From: Mustelus asterias
Lineage: Eukaryota
DNA length: 64,000 nt
Assembly (NCBI RefSeq): GCF_964213995.1
Contig: NC_135823.1
Location: forward strand, 4,216,001 to 4,280,000
Direction: 5' to 3'
Position numbers and translations under genes: made by a program. Below, piece after piece: positions 47,835 to 60,759 of the stretch; positions within the stretch are counted from its first letter, which is position 1; each line of letters starts with the position of its first letter. The notes beneath the pieces were generated by a model. It made no database searches. It saw only the letters and a program-made list of their open reading frames with translations, and was not told where the DNA came from.

Positions 47835-49520
47835 GATCTTATTTGTTTTTTATTTTCACATGTATTGATCTACAGTGAAAAGTATTGTATCTTGCGCGCT
47901 ATATAGACAAAGCACAATATACATAGAGAAGGAAAGGAGAGAATGCAGAATGTAGTGTTGCAGTCATAGCTCGGGTGTAGAGAAAGATCAACTTAATATG
48001 AGGTAGGTCATTCAAAAGTCTGATGGCAGCATGGAAAGAAGCTGTTCTTGAGTCGGTTCCTCAGACTTTTGCATCTTTTTCCTGACGGAAGAAGGTAGAA
48101 GAGAATATGTCCGGGGTGCATGGATTCCTGAATTATGCTGGCTGCTTTTCCAAGGCAGCGGGAAGTGTAGACAGAGTCAATGGATGGGAGGTGGTTTGAG
48201 TGGACTGGGCTTCATTCATGACTCTTTGTAGTTTTTTGCAGTTTAGGACAGAGCAGGAATCATTACCAAGCTGTGATACAACCAGAAAGAATGCTTTTGG
48301 TGTGAAGGTTGGTGAGAGTCCGAGAGGACATTCCAAATTTCCTTTGCTTCCTGAGCATGTAGAGGCATTGGTGGGTTTTCTCAACTAAAGCATCGGCATG
48401 GAGGGACCAGGACAAGTCATTGGTGATCTGGACACTTGAGAAATTTGAAGTTCTCGACTATTTCCATTTTGTCCCTGTTGATGTAGACAGGGACATGCCC
48501 TCCACTACCCTTCCTGAAGTCGATGACTATCTCCTTTGTTCTGTTGACATTGAAGGAGAGATTATTGCCATCATACTAGTTCACCAGATTCTCTATCTTT
48601 CCTGCACTCCGTCTCATCATTGCTTGAGATCTGACCCACAATGGTGGTGTCATCGGTAGCACAGTGGTTAGCACTGTGGTTAGCACTGTGGGCGGCACTG
48701 TGGGCGGCACGGTGGGCGGCACGGTAGCACAGTGGTTAGCACTGCTGCTTCACTGTGGGCGGCACGGTAGCACAGTGGTTAGCACTGCTGCTTCACAGCT
48801 CCAGGGTCCCGGGTTCGATTCCCGGCTCGGGTCACTGTCTGTGTGGAGTTTGCACATTCTCCTCGTGTCTGCGTGGGTTTCCTCCGGGTGCTCCGGTTTC
48901 CTCCCACAGTCCAAAGATGTGCGGGTTAGGTTGATTGGCCAGGTTAAAAATTGTCCCTTAGAGTCCTGGGATGCGTAGGTTAGAGGGATTAGCGGGTAAA
49001 ATATGTGGGGGGAGGGCCTGGGTGGGATTGTGGTCGGTGCAGACTCGATGGGCCGAATGGCCTCCTTCTGCACTGTAGGGTTTCTATCAGCAAATTTTAA
49101 AATTGAGTTAGAGGAGAATTTGGCCACACAGTCATAAGTGTATAAGGAGTATAATATGTGGCTGAGGACACAGCCTTGTGGGGCACCAGTGTTGAGGATG
49201 ATCGTGGAAGAGGTGTTGTTGCCTATCTTTACTGATTGTGGTCTGTGAGTTAGGAAGTCTAGGGTCCAGTCGCAGAGGGAGGAGCCGAGACCCAGGCCAC
49301 AGAGTTTGGAGATGAGTTTTGTAGGAATAATAGTGTTGAAGACTGAGCTGTAGTCAATAAATAGGAGTCTAACATAGGTGTCTTTGTTATCTAGCTGTTC
49401 CAGGTTGAGTGTAGGGCCAGTGAGATGGCATGTGCTGTGGACCTGCTGAGGCGATAGGCAAACTGTAGTGGATCCAGGCAATCTGGGAGGCCGGAATTGA
49501 TTTGTGCCATGACTAACTTA
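47835..49520 (-). mobile_element. Rex1/Babar-type LINE, degenerate, split by HE1 SINE
   Basis: [28 protein letters not shown] and KFAD motifs; homologous to 2945-4535. Confidence 0.85.
48654..49088 (+). mobile_element. HE1-type V-SINE with stuttered 5' head
   Basis: Full copy from ~48757, preceded by repeated partial heads. Confidence 0.9.
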
Positions 49521-51135
49521 GTAAAATAAGTCAGGATCTGGCCAAGGTAGACTGGGAACAGTTACTTGTGGGAAAATTTACAGAAGAGCACTGGGGGAAG
49601 GAAAAAGGGAATGGGGAGAGTACGTGCCCAGCATGTTCCCTCCAGGGTTATAGGAAGGAGTAACAAGCACAGAGAACCATGAATGAATGACCAGAGATAT
49701 TTAGGATATGATGAGAAGGAAAAGAGAGACCTTTAGCAGGTACAAGTTAAAGTTTATTTATTATTGTCACAACTAGGCTTACATTAGCACTGCAATGAAG
49801 TAACTATGAAAATCCCATAGTCACCACACTCTGGCACCTGTTCGGGTACACTGAGGGAGAATTTATCATGGCCAATGCCCCTAACCAGCACATCTTCCAG
49901 ACTGTGGGAGGAAACTGGAGCACCCGGAAGAAACCCTCCCAGACACGGGGAGAATGTGCAAACTCCACACAGACAGTGACCCAAGGCAGGAATCGAACCT
50001 GGGTCCCTGTGAGGCAGCAATGCTAACCACTGTGCCGCTGTGTCACCATGCTGCCCATCAGGGGAACAAATCATCAGAGGCATTAGTAGAATACAGAAAA
50101 TACAAGGTGGAGCTTAAGAAAGCAGGTAGAAGAGCAAAGAGGGAATATGAGAAAGCTCTGGCTGGTAAAAGTAGGGAAAATCCCCAGGATATTCTGTCAG
50201 TGTATCAATGGGAAGAGGATAACCAGGGAAAGAGAAGGGCCCATTTGGGACCAAGGGGGAAAACTAGGTGGAGCTAGAGGACATTGGCAGAGTGTGGAAC
50301 AACTATATCACTTCCGTCTTCACCTAAGAGAATGAGGATCAAGATATGAAACTTGGAGAGAGAATGCGAGGTTCATGAGCAAATTGACATAATGAGTAAC
50401 AGGGTATTGGAGGCGCTGGCAGCCCCTTAAAAATGGATAATTCTCCAGGTCCGGATGATTTGTGGCCCAGGCTGCTGAGGGAGGAAGTTGCAGGGGCTCT
50501 GACCCAAATTTTCGCTCCCTCTCTCGCCATGGGGGAGCTGCCAGAGGACTGGAGACAGTTAATGTGGTTCTGTTATTTAAGAAGGGTTGTAGAGATAAGC
50601 CAGGAACTACAGACCAATGAGTTTAACATCAATGGAGGGGGTGCAGAGGTGATTCACCAGGATGCTTCCTGTGATGGAACATTTAAGTTGTGAAGAGAGG
50701 TTGGATAGGTTTGGGTTGTTTTTGTTGGAGCAGAGAAATACTGAGGGGCGACCTGATCGAGGTGCACAAGATTATGAGAGACATGGACAGAGTGGATAAG
50801 GAGCAGCTGTTCCCCTGAATTGAAGGGTCAGTCATGAACAGACATAGGTTCAAGGTGAGGGGCAGGAGGTTTAGGGGGGATGTGAGGAAAAACTTTTTTT
50901 ACCTAGAGGGTGGCAACGGCCTGGAATGCGTTGCCTGGGAGGGTGGTGGAGGCGGGTTGCCTCACATCCTTTAAAAATTATCTGGATGAGCACTTGGCAC
51001 ATCATAATATTCAGGGCTATGGGCCAAATGCTGGTAGATGGGATTAGGTCGGTAAGTCAGGTATTTCTTGTGTCAGTACAGACTCGATGGGCCAAAGGGC
51101 CTCTTTTGCAATGAGCGATTCTGTGATTCCGTGTC
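49520..51135 (+). mobile_element. Deleted CR1 copy with nested type-2 V-SINE (49748-50050, -)
   Basis: SPGPDDLWPRLLRE and GELPEDWR motifs; CR1 tail ~51080-51130. Confidence 0.75.
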
Positions 51136-51207
51136 TTTTAATCAATGGGTAAAAACTCGGAGACAAACTGCTTAGTTTGTTTATGACTGTCACAAACTAT
51201 GATAATC

Positions 51208-51518
51208 ACGGGGTGGCACAGTGGTTAGCACTGCTGCCTCACAGCGCCAGGGACCCAGGTTCAATTCCGACCTTGGGTCGCTGTGTGGAGTTTGCATGTT
51301 GTCCCCGTGTTTGTGTGGGTTTCCTCCAGGTGCTCCGGTTTCCTTTCACAGTCCAGATATGTTCAGGTTAGGCGGAGTGGCCATATTAAATTTCCTCTTA
51401 GTATCGGGGAGATTAGCAGGGTAGCCTGGGGTTACGGGGATAGGGCCGGGTGGGATTGTTGTTGGTGTAGGCTCGATGGGGTGAGTGGCCTCTCCTGCAC
51501 TGTAGTGATTCTATGATC
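51208..51518 (+). mobile_element. Diverged HE1-type V-SINE
   Basis: A/B boxes, V-domain and HER1-like tail. Confidence 0.8.
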
Positions 51519-51619
51519 ATCCTTCAAAAAATCAATGTTAAAATCCCCACATACAAATCCCATCCTCTTTTCGTTAACCTTAGTTAACATTCTTTCCAGA
51601 CTATCTTTAAATGTCCCGA

Positions 51620-53027
51620 TGTTAAGAAAGGGAATAGAAATGACCCTGGTAATTATAGGCTGGTTAGTCTTACTTCGGTGGTCGGTAAGTTGATGGAAAA
51701 GGTCCTCAGGGATAGGATTTACGACCATTTAGAAAGATGCGGATTAATCCGGGATAGTCAGCATGGATTCGTGAAGGGCAAGTCTTGCCTCACAAATTTG
51801 ATAGAATTTTTTGAGGAGGTAACTAAGTGTGCAGATGAAGGTAGTGCAGTTGATGCCATATACATGGATTTTAGTAAGGCGTTTGATAAAGTCCCCCACG
51901 GTCGGCTTATGAATAAAGTAAGGATGTGTGGGATAGAGGGAAGTTTGGCCGATTGGATAGGTAACTGGCTATCTAACAGAAGACAGAGGGTGGTGGTGGA
52001 TGGAAAATTTTCGGACTGGAAACCGGTTACCAGCGGAGTGCCATAGGGATCAGTGCTTGGTCCTCTGCTATTTGTAATTTTTATAAATGACTTGGAGGAG
52101 GGGGCTGAAGGGTGGATCAGTAAATTTGCTGATGACACCAAGATTGGTGGAGTAGTGGATGAGGTGGAGGGCTGTTGTAGGCTGCAAAGAGATATAGATA
52201 GGATGCAGAGCTGGGCTGAAAAATGGCAAATGGAGTTTAACCCTGACTAATGCGAGGTGATTCATTTTGGTAGGACTAATTTTAATGTGGATTACAGGGT
52301 CAAAGGTAGGGTTCTGAAGAATGTGGAGGAACAGAGAGATCTTGGGGTTCATATCCATAGATCTCTGAAGGTTGCCACTCAAGTGGATAGAGCCGTGAAG
52401 AAGGCCTATAATGTGTTGGCGTTCATTAACAGGGGGTTTGAGTTTAAGAGCCGTGGGGTTATGCTGCAACTGTACAGGACCTTGGTGAGACCACATTTGG
52501 AATATTGTGTGCAGTTCTGGTCACCTCACTATAAGAAGGATGTGGAGACACTGGAAAGAGTGCAAAGGAGATTTACCAGGATGCTGCCTGGTTTGGAGGG
52601 TAGGTCTTATGAGGAAAGGTTGAGGGAACTTGGGCTTTTCTCTTTGGAGCGGAGGAGGTTGAGAGGAGACTTGGTAGAGGTTTATAAGATGATGAGGGGG
52701 ATAGATAGAGTGAACGTTCAAAGACTATTTCCTCGGGTGAATGGAGCGGTAACTAGGGGGCATAACTATAGGGTTCATGGTGGGAGATATAGGAAGGATG
52801 TCCAAGGTAGGTTTTTTACTCAGAGAGTGGTTGGGGTCTGGAATGGACTGCCTGCAGGGATAGTGGAGTCAGAAACTTTAGGAACATTTCAGAAGCTATT
52901 GGATAGGCACATGGAGTACTTCGGGATGATGGGGAGGAAATAGCTTGATCTGGGTTTCAGACAAAGCTCGGCACAACATCGTGGGCCGAAGGGCCTGTTC
53001 TGTGCTGTACTGTTCTACGTTCTATGT
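51620..53027 (+). mobile_element. Young HER1/CR1 LINE fragment (RT, two nonsense codons)
   Basis: Colinear ORFs 51678..52046, 52053..52250 and 52257..52943; ATGTT duplicated at the ends. Confidence 0.92.
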
Positions 53028-53419
53028 TAGTTCCTGGTCTCCTGGATACACAACTAACAGCCACATTTTTACCTTTCTCAATAATAATTTCCACAGTTAT
53101 GTTTTCCATCACGGCATCAGTATCAATGTCCGAGTGACTTCTAATTAAAAATTCTACCCACACACAAAGCCAGAACCCCTTTTTTATGTGTCCGATTAAT
53201 GTAGCTCATCTCATAGCCTTCAAATTCAAATTCATCACCCTCCCTAAATCAAGCCAAGTCACTGATACAGTGACCACATTCAACTGGGTTTTAAAATAAT
53301 TCAAATACTCTGATCTCCTGAATGTTTGAGTTTAAACTTCTAATACTAAGATGAATAAGTGGTACAACACCTTCCAAACTCTGAGTCACGTTAAATTATT
53401 CATCAGTATTAATAGTATT

Positions 53420-54830
53420 ATTTAAGAAGGGTAGGAAGGATAACCCGGGAAATTAGAGGCCGGTGAGCTTGACGTCCGTGGTCGGGAAGTTGTTGGAGAG
53501 GATTCTTAGAGACAGGATGTATGCGCATTTAGAAAGAAATAAACTCATTAACGATAGTCAGCAAGGTTTTGTGAGAGGGAGGTCATGCCTCACTAACCTG
53601 GTGGAGTTTTTTGAAGAAGTGACTAGAATGGTTGACGAGGGAAGGGCCGTGGATGTCGTCTATATGGACTTTAGTAAAGCGTTTGACAAAGTCCCTCATG
53701 GTAGGTTGGTGCAAAAGGTTGGATCTCATGGGCTAAAGGGGGAGGTGGCTAGATGGGTGGAGAACTGGCTTGGTCACAGAAGACAGAGGGTGGTAGTGGA
53801 AGGGTCTTTTTCCGGCTGGATGCCTGTGACTAGTGGTGTTCCGCAGGGCTCTGTATTGGGACCTCTGCTGTTCGTGATTTATATAAACGATCTGGAAGAA
53901 GGTGTAACTGGGGTGATCAGTAAGTTTGCGGACGACACGAAAATGGCTGGACTTGCAGATAGTGAGGAACATTGTCAGAGGCTCCAGAAGGATATAGATA
54001 GGCTGGAAATTTGGGCAAAGAAATGGCAGATGGAGTTCAATCCAGATAAATGCGAAGTGATGCATTTTGGTAGAACTAACATAGGGGGGAGCTATACGAT
54101 AAATGGCAGAACCATAAAGGGTGTAGATACGCAGAGGGACCTGGGTGTGCAAGTCCACAGATCCTTGAAGGTGACGACACAGGTGGAGAAGGTAGTGAAG
54201 AAGGCATATGGCATGCTTGCCTTTATAGGACGGGGCATAGAGTATAAAAGTTGGGGTCTGATGTTGCAGTTGTATAGAACGTTGGTTCGGCAGCATTTGG
54301 AATACTGCGCCCAGTTCTGGTCGCCACACTACCAGAAGGACGTGGAGGCTTTGGAGAGAGTGCAGAGGAGGTTTACCAGGATGTTGCCTGGTATGGACGG
54401 GCTTAGTTATGAGGAGAGATTGGGTAAACTGGGGTTGTTCTCACTGGAAAGACGGAGGATGAGGGGTGACCTAATAGAGGTGTATACAATTATGAAAGGC
54501 ATAGATAGGGTGAACGGTGGGAAGCCTTTTCCCAGATCGGTGGTGACGTTCACGAGGGGTCATAGGTTCAAGGTGACGGGGGGGGAGGTTTAACACGGAT
54601 ATCAGAAGGACGTATTTTACACAGAGGGTGGTGGGGGCCTGGAATGCGCTGCAGGCAAGGTGGTGGAGGCGGACACACTGGGAACGTTTAAGACTTATCT
54701 AGATAGCCACATGAACGGAGTAGGAATGGAGGGATACAAAAGAATGGTCTAGTTTGGACCAGTGAGCGGCGTGGGCTTGGAGGGCCGAAGGGCCTGTTCC
54801 TGTGCTGTATTGTTCTTTGTTCTTTGTTGT
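53420..54830 (+). mobile_element. Young HER1/CR1 LINE fragment (376-aa open RT)
   Basis: [22 protein letters not shown] and KFADDTK in a single ORF; (TTTGTTC)n tail. Confidence 0.93.
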
Positions 54831-54854
54831 TAATCACATTAGGTACATTACAGA

Positions 54855-55140
54855 GCTAGGGGTCATAGTTTGAGGATAAACCTTTTAGAACTGAGGTGTG
54901 GAGAAATTTCTTCACCCAGAGTGTGGTGAAGGTGTGGAATTCACTACCACAGAATGTAAATCAGGCCAAAATGTTGTCTGATTTGAAGAAGAAATTAGTT
55001 ATAGCTCTTGGGGCTAAAGGGATCTAGGGATATTGGCGGGGGGCGGCGAGGTGAGGGGAGGGGGGAATCAGGATATTGAATTTGATGATCAGCTATGATC
55101 AAAGTCACTGGCTCCGAATGGCCTCCTCCTGCTTCTGTTT
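54855..55140 (+). mobile_element. CR1 3' end fragment
   Basis: Same subfamily as the 3' end at 13550-13780. Confidence 0.7.
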
Positions 55141-55149
55141 TCTGTGTTT

Positions 55150-55515
55150 ACAGCTCTCTGGACTCAACATTGAATTCAACAACTTCAGACTTTGACCTTT
55201 CTGCATCTTAAACCTTATTTTAAAAAAAATTCCAATGCAAATCCCCCGCCCCCCCCCCCCCCCCCTCCCACACTGGGTCCCCCTCCCACACCGGGCCATC
55301 TGTCTTTTGTTCTCAAGGTTGCTAAATTTTGTTTCAGTCTCTCCCAGCTCCAGTTGAATATCTGACACATTCTCCCTCTCTCCAGTTCTGATGAAGAGCC
55401 AAAGTCACTCGAAACGTTGACTCTGTTTATCTCTCCCTGCAGATGCTGCCAGACCTGCTGAGTATTTCAGCTTTCTCTGTTCTTGTTTCAGATTCCAGCA
55501 TCTGCAATATTTTGA
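55150..55515 (+). mobile_element. Penelope 3' end/pLTR with intact-core hammerhead motif (55384-55422)
   Basis: AGTT-CTGATGA-AGAG..CTC-GAAA-CGTT-GACT followed by CAGATGCTGCCAGACCTGCTGAG...CCAGCATCTGCA. Confidence 0.7.
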
Positions 55516-55640
55516 TCACAATCACTACAATTAACAATTATACTGTGAAAAAAGTTGCTTCTGGGATCAATATTACACTTAAAGTCACACTGGTTACACT
55601 CTGTATAATTAAAGATCTTAAAACTTAACCAAAGTTAACC

Positions 55641-55842
55641 AAAGATGTGCGGGTTAGGTTGATTGGCCATGCTAAAATTGCCCTTAGTGTCCTGGGATGC
55701 GTAGGTCAGAGGGATTAGTGGGTAAATATGTAGGGATATGGGGGTAGGGCCTGGGTGGGATTGTGGTCGGTGCAGACTCGATGGGCCGAATGGCCTCTTT
55801 CTGTGCTGTAGGGATTCTAAGATATTCTAAGATTCTAAGATT
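55641..55842 (+). mobile_element. HE1 SINE 3' half
   Basis: AAAGATGTGCGGGTTAGG...GGGCCGAATGGCC, (ATTCTAAG)n tail. Confidence 0.85.
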
Positions 55843-55993
55843 AACCCTTCACACCTTTCATAAATATTATCTCATTTCATATCCCCATACAGAGATGAAT
55901 TCATATTTCTGAATCCAGCATCAATGCTATTAAATGGGAAGATTCCCACTCCCATAAAGGCTACTATACCTTTAAGAATTTTTTAAAAAATCA

Positions 55994-56814
55994 TGTTCTC
56001 TGCAGTTTGTTTGTAAGCAAGCCTGTTTGTGTCATTGTGGCACCAGCTGCCTGGCTAGATGTCCTTTGACTGCTGCTTAAATGGTTTAAATGGGGTTTTG
56101 TTTATTTTCACTCTGGGCCTAATGCACTTTCTGGGAGTTTACAACCTTTTGAAGTGTTGTGGGAAGATTGACAAGTCAAAGTCAGGTGGTTTTTACAGAG
56201 GAATCCAAGGATTCACTTTCAGTTTTAGTTAGGAGCTGTGTGGAATCCAGACTGAAAGGCAGTATTTCTGTGCCTCTCTCCCTGTTAGTAGAAATTCTAC
56301 TATGTTAGAAGCAGTTTTTTTTCACCTTCCTGGAGTGAAAATTCTGATGTTGGTGGTTTGCTAGCTAGAGGCCAGAATGACGTTATCCTGACCTCAAGGT
56401 GCTGGGAGTTCCGGAATGGAGAAGCCAGAGTTTCAATTCTCTATCCAAAGAACTCATTCACAGCAGGTATTGCTGAGCTGCAAAACAGGAGCATTCTCAT
56501 TTTCTGTACTAAATTTGGGACAGGTGTATGTTTATAAGGAGGTTTGTTGTATTGGAACAGTGCATTAAGTTGTTAAGGTTTGTACAATATCATGTTTTTG
56601 TTTGTAAATGCTAAAAGCTATTGCTAATTTTTGTTCTATGTGTTAAGTGTATTCTTCATTAAACTTTGTTTGATAAAAGCTCCCTGGTGGATTATTTGAA
56701 TCATACCTGAAGTGAAACATCTCGGGCTTAACCTAGCCAAGATTCAAAGTGCAAAACTTATGGTCTAGGCTGACTTCATAAAAGACCTTGGAATTTCTGA
56801 CCTGGATTATAACA
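55994..56814 (+). mobile_element. Solo-LTR-like element
   Basis: TGTT...AACA ends; ATTAAA ~56658; non-coding; no clear TSD. Confidence 0.4.
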
Positions 56815-56835
56815 CAATGATTACAGTCCCAATTA

Positions 56836-57007
56836 CAGTGCAGCCCCGTTGTAACACGATGGTTGGGGTCCATAAAATGTTATCGCGAATGTTATCGGGG
56901 TTGCGCTAAATCACTGAACCGGAAACTGCAAAAAAAGGGTCCAATGATTCATCCCGTCATATCCGATTTCGCGCTAAATTGGGGTGCGTAAAATCGGGGT
57001 TCCAGTG
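56836..57007. mobile_element. Tigger/TcMar-like MITE
   Basis: TA|CAGTGCAGCCCCG ... CGGGGTTCCAGTG imperfect TIRs; CpG-rich interior. Confidence 0.55.
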
Positions 57008-57385
57008 TGCTACTTTCCCTACCTGTGTTTCTGAGTTATATCGGAACACAATCTGTGCCTTCATGTTTTATGTATCGAACGCTCGATACTCACATTACTC
57101 ATAGTTTCTCTATGAATTCCACCTTGTAAAATGTGTCATTTGATGTTAATAAAATGCAGCCACAAATTCATTGCAGTAAATGTAACTTTATTTTGATCTA
57201 ATTGCATACGTTTTCACTTCTGAGATTCCTGTTCAATTTAACAAATAGCTTCCAGTTCCGAGTCCGAGCTGCTGGAATCATCTTCTGTTTCCTTATCGAC
57301 TGTGCATGTCTGCCGATGTCAGCGTTCCTCCTTGTGAGATGCTCATTGATACACATCAGATTCCTCCAATCTCTTGGCCTCTTTT

Positions 57386-57710
57386 CACACAGTGGTTAGC
57401 ACTGTTGCCTCACAGCGCCTGGGATCCAGGTTCGATTCCGGCCTTGGGTCACTGTTTGGGAGGAGGAGTTTGCCTGTGTCTGCCTGTGTCTGCATGAGTT
57501 TCCTCCTGGTGCTCCAGTTTCCTCCCACAGTCCAAAGATGTGCTGGTTAGATGCATTGACTGTGCTAAATTGACCCAAATTGATTCTGGGGATGAAAGGG
57601 TTGATGTATGAGGAGAGATTAAACAGTTTGGGCTTATTCTTGCTGGAGTTCAGAAGGATGAGAGGGGATCTGATTGAGATGTATAAAATTTTAAAAGGGA
57701 TTGATAAAGT
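57386..57710 (+). mobile_element. Partial V-SINE (57386-57575) joined to a CR1 fragment
   Basis: SINE head and V-domain, then YEERLNSLGLF..RMRGDLIE. Confidence 0.7.
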
Positions 57711-57714
57711 AAAG

Positions 57715-59250
57715 TATTTCAGGACCACTTCATGCTCTCATCTAGACCTGGAAAAAAATTATCAATTTGCTTCCAATTTCCACCGCTCTATCACCTTCAC
57801 ATGGTCCATCTCTGACACTTCTCTTCCCTTCCTTGACTTCTCTGTCTCCATTTCTGGTGATAAACTGTCCACTAGTATTCATTATAAGCCCACTGACTCC
57901 CACAATTACCTTGACTACAGCTCTTCACACCCCACATCCTGTAAGGATTCCATCCCATTCTCTCAGTTCCTTCGCCTCCGGCGCATCTGATCTGATTATG
58001 TCACTTTCCAAGATAGTGCTGCCAATATGGCTTCCTTCTTTCTCAATCGTGGTTTTCCACCCACTGTGGTTGACAGGGCTCTCAACCACGTCCAACCCAC
58101 CCCTGGACCACTGCTCTCAACCTCTCCTCTCCCTCCTAGAACCAGGATAGGGTCCTCCTTGTCCTCACTTTTCACCCCAACAGTCTCTGCATTCAAAGGA
58201 TCATCCTCCGCCATTTTCGCCAACTCCTACATGATGCCACTACTCAACACACCTTCCCCTCACCCTGCCCCCCCCTCCCCCTTCCCCATCCCCATCAGCA
58301 TTCCACAGGGATCGTTCTCTCCAGGACACCCAGGTCCACTCCTCCATCACACCCAACACCTCACCCCCTGCCCACAGCACTTCCTATGCAATCGTAGAAG
58401 GTGCAGCACCAGCCCCTATGCCTCCTCCCTGCTCACCATCCCAGGTCCTAAACACCCCTTTCAGGTGAAGCAGCACTTCACATGCACCTCCCTCAATCTG
58501 GTCTATTGCATTCACTGCCCAATGCGGTGCACTCTACATCGGAAAGACAAAACGCAGACTGGGTGACCGCTTTGCAGAAAACCTTTGGTCTGTCCACAAG
58601 CAGACCCAGACCTTCCTGTCGCTTGCCACTTCAACACACCACCCTACCCTCCTGTCCACATGTTCATCCTTGGCCTTTTGCAATGTTCTAGTGAAACCCC
58701 CACACAAACTGGAGGAACAGCACCTCATCTTCCCATTGGGCATTTTACAGCCGTCTGGACTGAACATTGTGTTCAGAGGATGAATTCTCTCCTCCACCTT
58801 CCCCCCCATTTCCATTTATTTTATTCCATTTCATTTCATCCTATTCATCCATTTTATCATCCTTTTTCACTTCTATTTTTCTACTTCTCCATTCCAGCTC
58901 TCCTTCTTTCCACACCCTCCCCCTCCTCACCCGGCAGTGCAACTGCCACATTCCTCAGGCAATCCTTTAGCAATCTGTACCTCTGTTCTACCATTCATTC
59001 ACTCTGATCACTTAATGGACACTTTTAGCACCTTCTAAGCCTCCTGTATCCTAATTTACGTTTCCTTTGTCCAACCACTCCTATCCCCCTGCACCCCAAT
59101 TTTCTTTGATTTTCTTTGCTCTGAGCTCTAACGAAGGCTCATATAAACCCAACATTCTATTCTCTCTCCACAGATGCTGTCAGGCCGGCTGAGATTTTCC
59201 AGCATTTTCTGTTTTTGTTTCAGATTCCAGCATCTGCAGTATTTCAATTT
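57715..59250 (+). mobile_element. Penelope-like element (RT C-terminus + GIY-YIG endonuclease), degenerate
   Basis: LPFLDF, YKPTDSHNYLDYSSSHP..CKDSIPFSQFLRLRRI, FFLNRGFP, FQVKQHFTCTSLNLVYCIHC; pLTR end. Confidence 0.88.
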
Positions 59251-59424
59251 TATCTTGATAAAGTAAATGCAGGCCAAATGTTTCCTCTTATGGAGGTGTC
59301 TAGAACAAGAGGTCACAGGTATAGGTTGAGAGGTGGTAGATTTAAAACTGAGATGAGGAGAAATTGCTTCTCGCAGAGGGTGGTAATTTCGTGAAACTCA
59401 CAGACCCATAGCGCATTTAGAAGA

Positions 59425-59757
59425 AATTTAGAAACCCTACAGTGCAGAAAGAGGCCATTTGGTCCATCGAGTCTGCACCGACCACAATCCCACCCAGGCC
59501 CTACCCCCATATCCCTACATATTTACCCACTAATCCCTCTAACCTACACATCTCAGGACACTAAGGGGCAATTTTTAGCATAGCCAATCAACCTAACCCG
59601 CACATCTTTGGACTGTGGGAGGAAACCGGAGCACCCGGAGAAAACCCACGCAGACATGAGGAGAATGTGCAAACTCCACACAGACATTGACCCAAGCCGG
59701 AAATCGAACCCTGGAGCTGTGAAGCAGCAGTGCTAACCACTGTGCCACCGTGCCGTG
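59425..59757 (-). mobile_element. HE1-type V-SINE inserted into a CR1 3' fragment (59270-59950 +)
   Basis: Full HE1 layout; flanks are contiguous CR1 3' sequence. Confidence 0.88.
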
Positions 59758-59957
59758 CGGTGGAGTCTGAATCGTTAAATGCTTTCAAGAAGAAGATAGA
59801 TATATTTTGAATAAAAAAGTGAAAGAGGGATACAGGGAACAGGTGGGGAGATGGATTTGAGACCAGGGAGAGATCAGCCATGATCTGATTGAATGGCAGA
59901 GTAGGCTCCAAGGGGTGAATGTGCCGACTTCTGCTCCTAATTCCTATGTTCCTTCGT

Positions 59958-60113
59958 GTCCAAAAGATGTGTAGGTTAGGTGCATTAGCCATGGTAAATG
60001 CGCGGGGTTATGGGGATCAGGTGAATGGGTGGCCTGGGTAAGATGCTCTTTTGCAGAGTCGGTGCAGACTCGATGGGCTGAGTGGCCTCCTTCTGCACTG
60101 TAGGGATCCTATG
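59958..60113 (+). mobile_element. V-SINE 3' half
   Basis: GGTGCAGACTCGATGGGC..GGCCTCCTTCTGCACTGT tail. Confidence 0.7.
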
Positions 60114-60117
60114 GTAA

Positions 60118-60415
60118 GTGAATCTTTTCATTACAATTCACCATTCTCATTATGATGGCTTCCTTTTCCTTTTTTTTTTTCTTCCACGGGGGAGTATGGC
60201 CTGCAGAAATATCATTCCTCTCTCTACTGATCCCTCTATCAGTGAAACAGCGAATCACTCTGTTTTCCAGGGGGGTTCAATTCACCCACCTATACATCAG
60301 GGTCACCTTGTTCAGGAGATGCTGCTCTTGTCGTGTCTGATGTCTGATTTCCAATCCATTGACGATGAGATCTTCCATCCTTGTCCATTGCTGCAACGTT
60401 TCCACTCAACCACAA
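60118..60415 (-). mobile_element. LINE ORF1p remnant (L2/Crack-like)
   Basis: Minus frame LQQWTRMEDLIVNGLEIRH...LENRVIRCF..RGI....DISAGHT..IIMRMVN resembles the RRM region of LINE ORF1p. Confidence 0.5.
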
Positions 60416-60759
60416 TGAAGACCACAAGACGCAGGAGCAGAAGTGGGCCATCCAGTCTGCTCCACCATTCAGTGAGATTGTGGTGACTTGAGATCACAAA
60501 TAAGGTAAACAAAAGTGTTGTTTCAAATGAGGAACTTCTTTATGTAAGTAAATAACAAAGGTTAATAATTCCAGTAACTTAGCAGAACAATGATTACAGT
60601 GAAAACAGGAGCACTTAGCAAAACAGGTCTTGCTTACAGGTCACGCTCTTGCAAACTGAAAAACTCGCTCAAAGCCTGCACATCTCAGAACCCTCAACAG
60701 AAGCCAGTAAAACAATTACAACAGCAAAAACACTCGTAGTCAAAATGACACTCGGTAAC

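Larger units (their letters stand above)
51140..53420 (-). mobile_element. Fragmented L2/Crack-like LINE endonuclease region (hosts the insertions below)
   Basis: Minus-strand pieces ENITVEII..KNVAVSCVSRRPGTNI (53030-53110), FVCGDFNIDFLK (51520-51620) and SFYPLIKR (51140-51190). Confidence 0.6.

Noticed and set aside
53733-54329. Antisense and alternative-frame ORFs over LINEs and ZNF arrays
   Set aside because: Shadow frames of repetitive coding sequence with no independent motifs.
53463-54593. Active autonomous LINE or domesticated RT gene
   Set aside because: 5'-truncated, lacks endonuclease and ORF1, frameshifted near the C-terminus.
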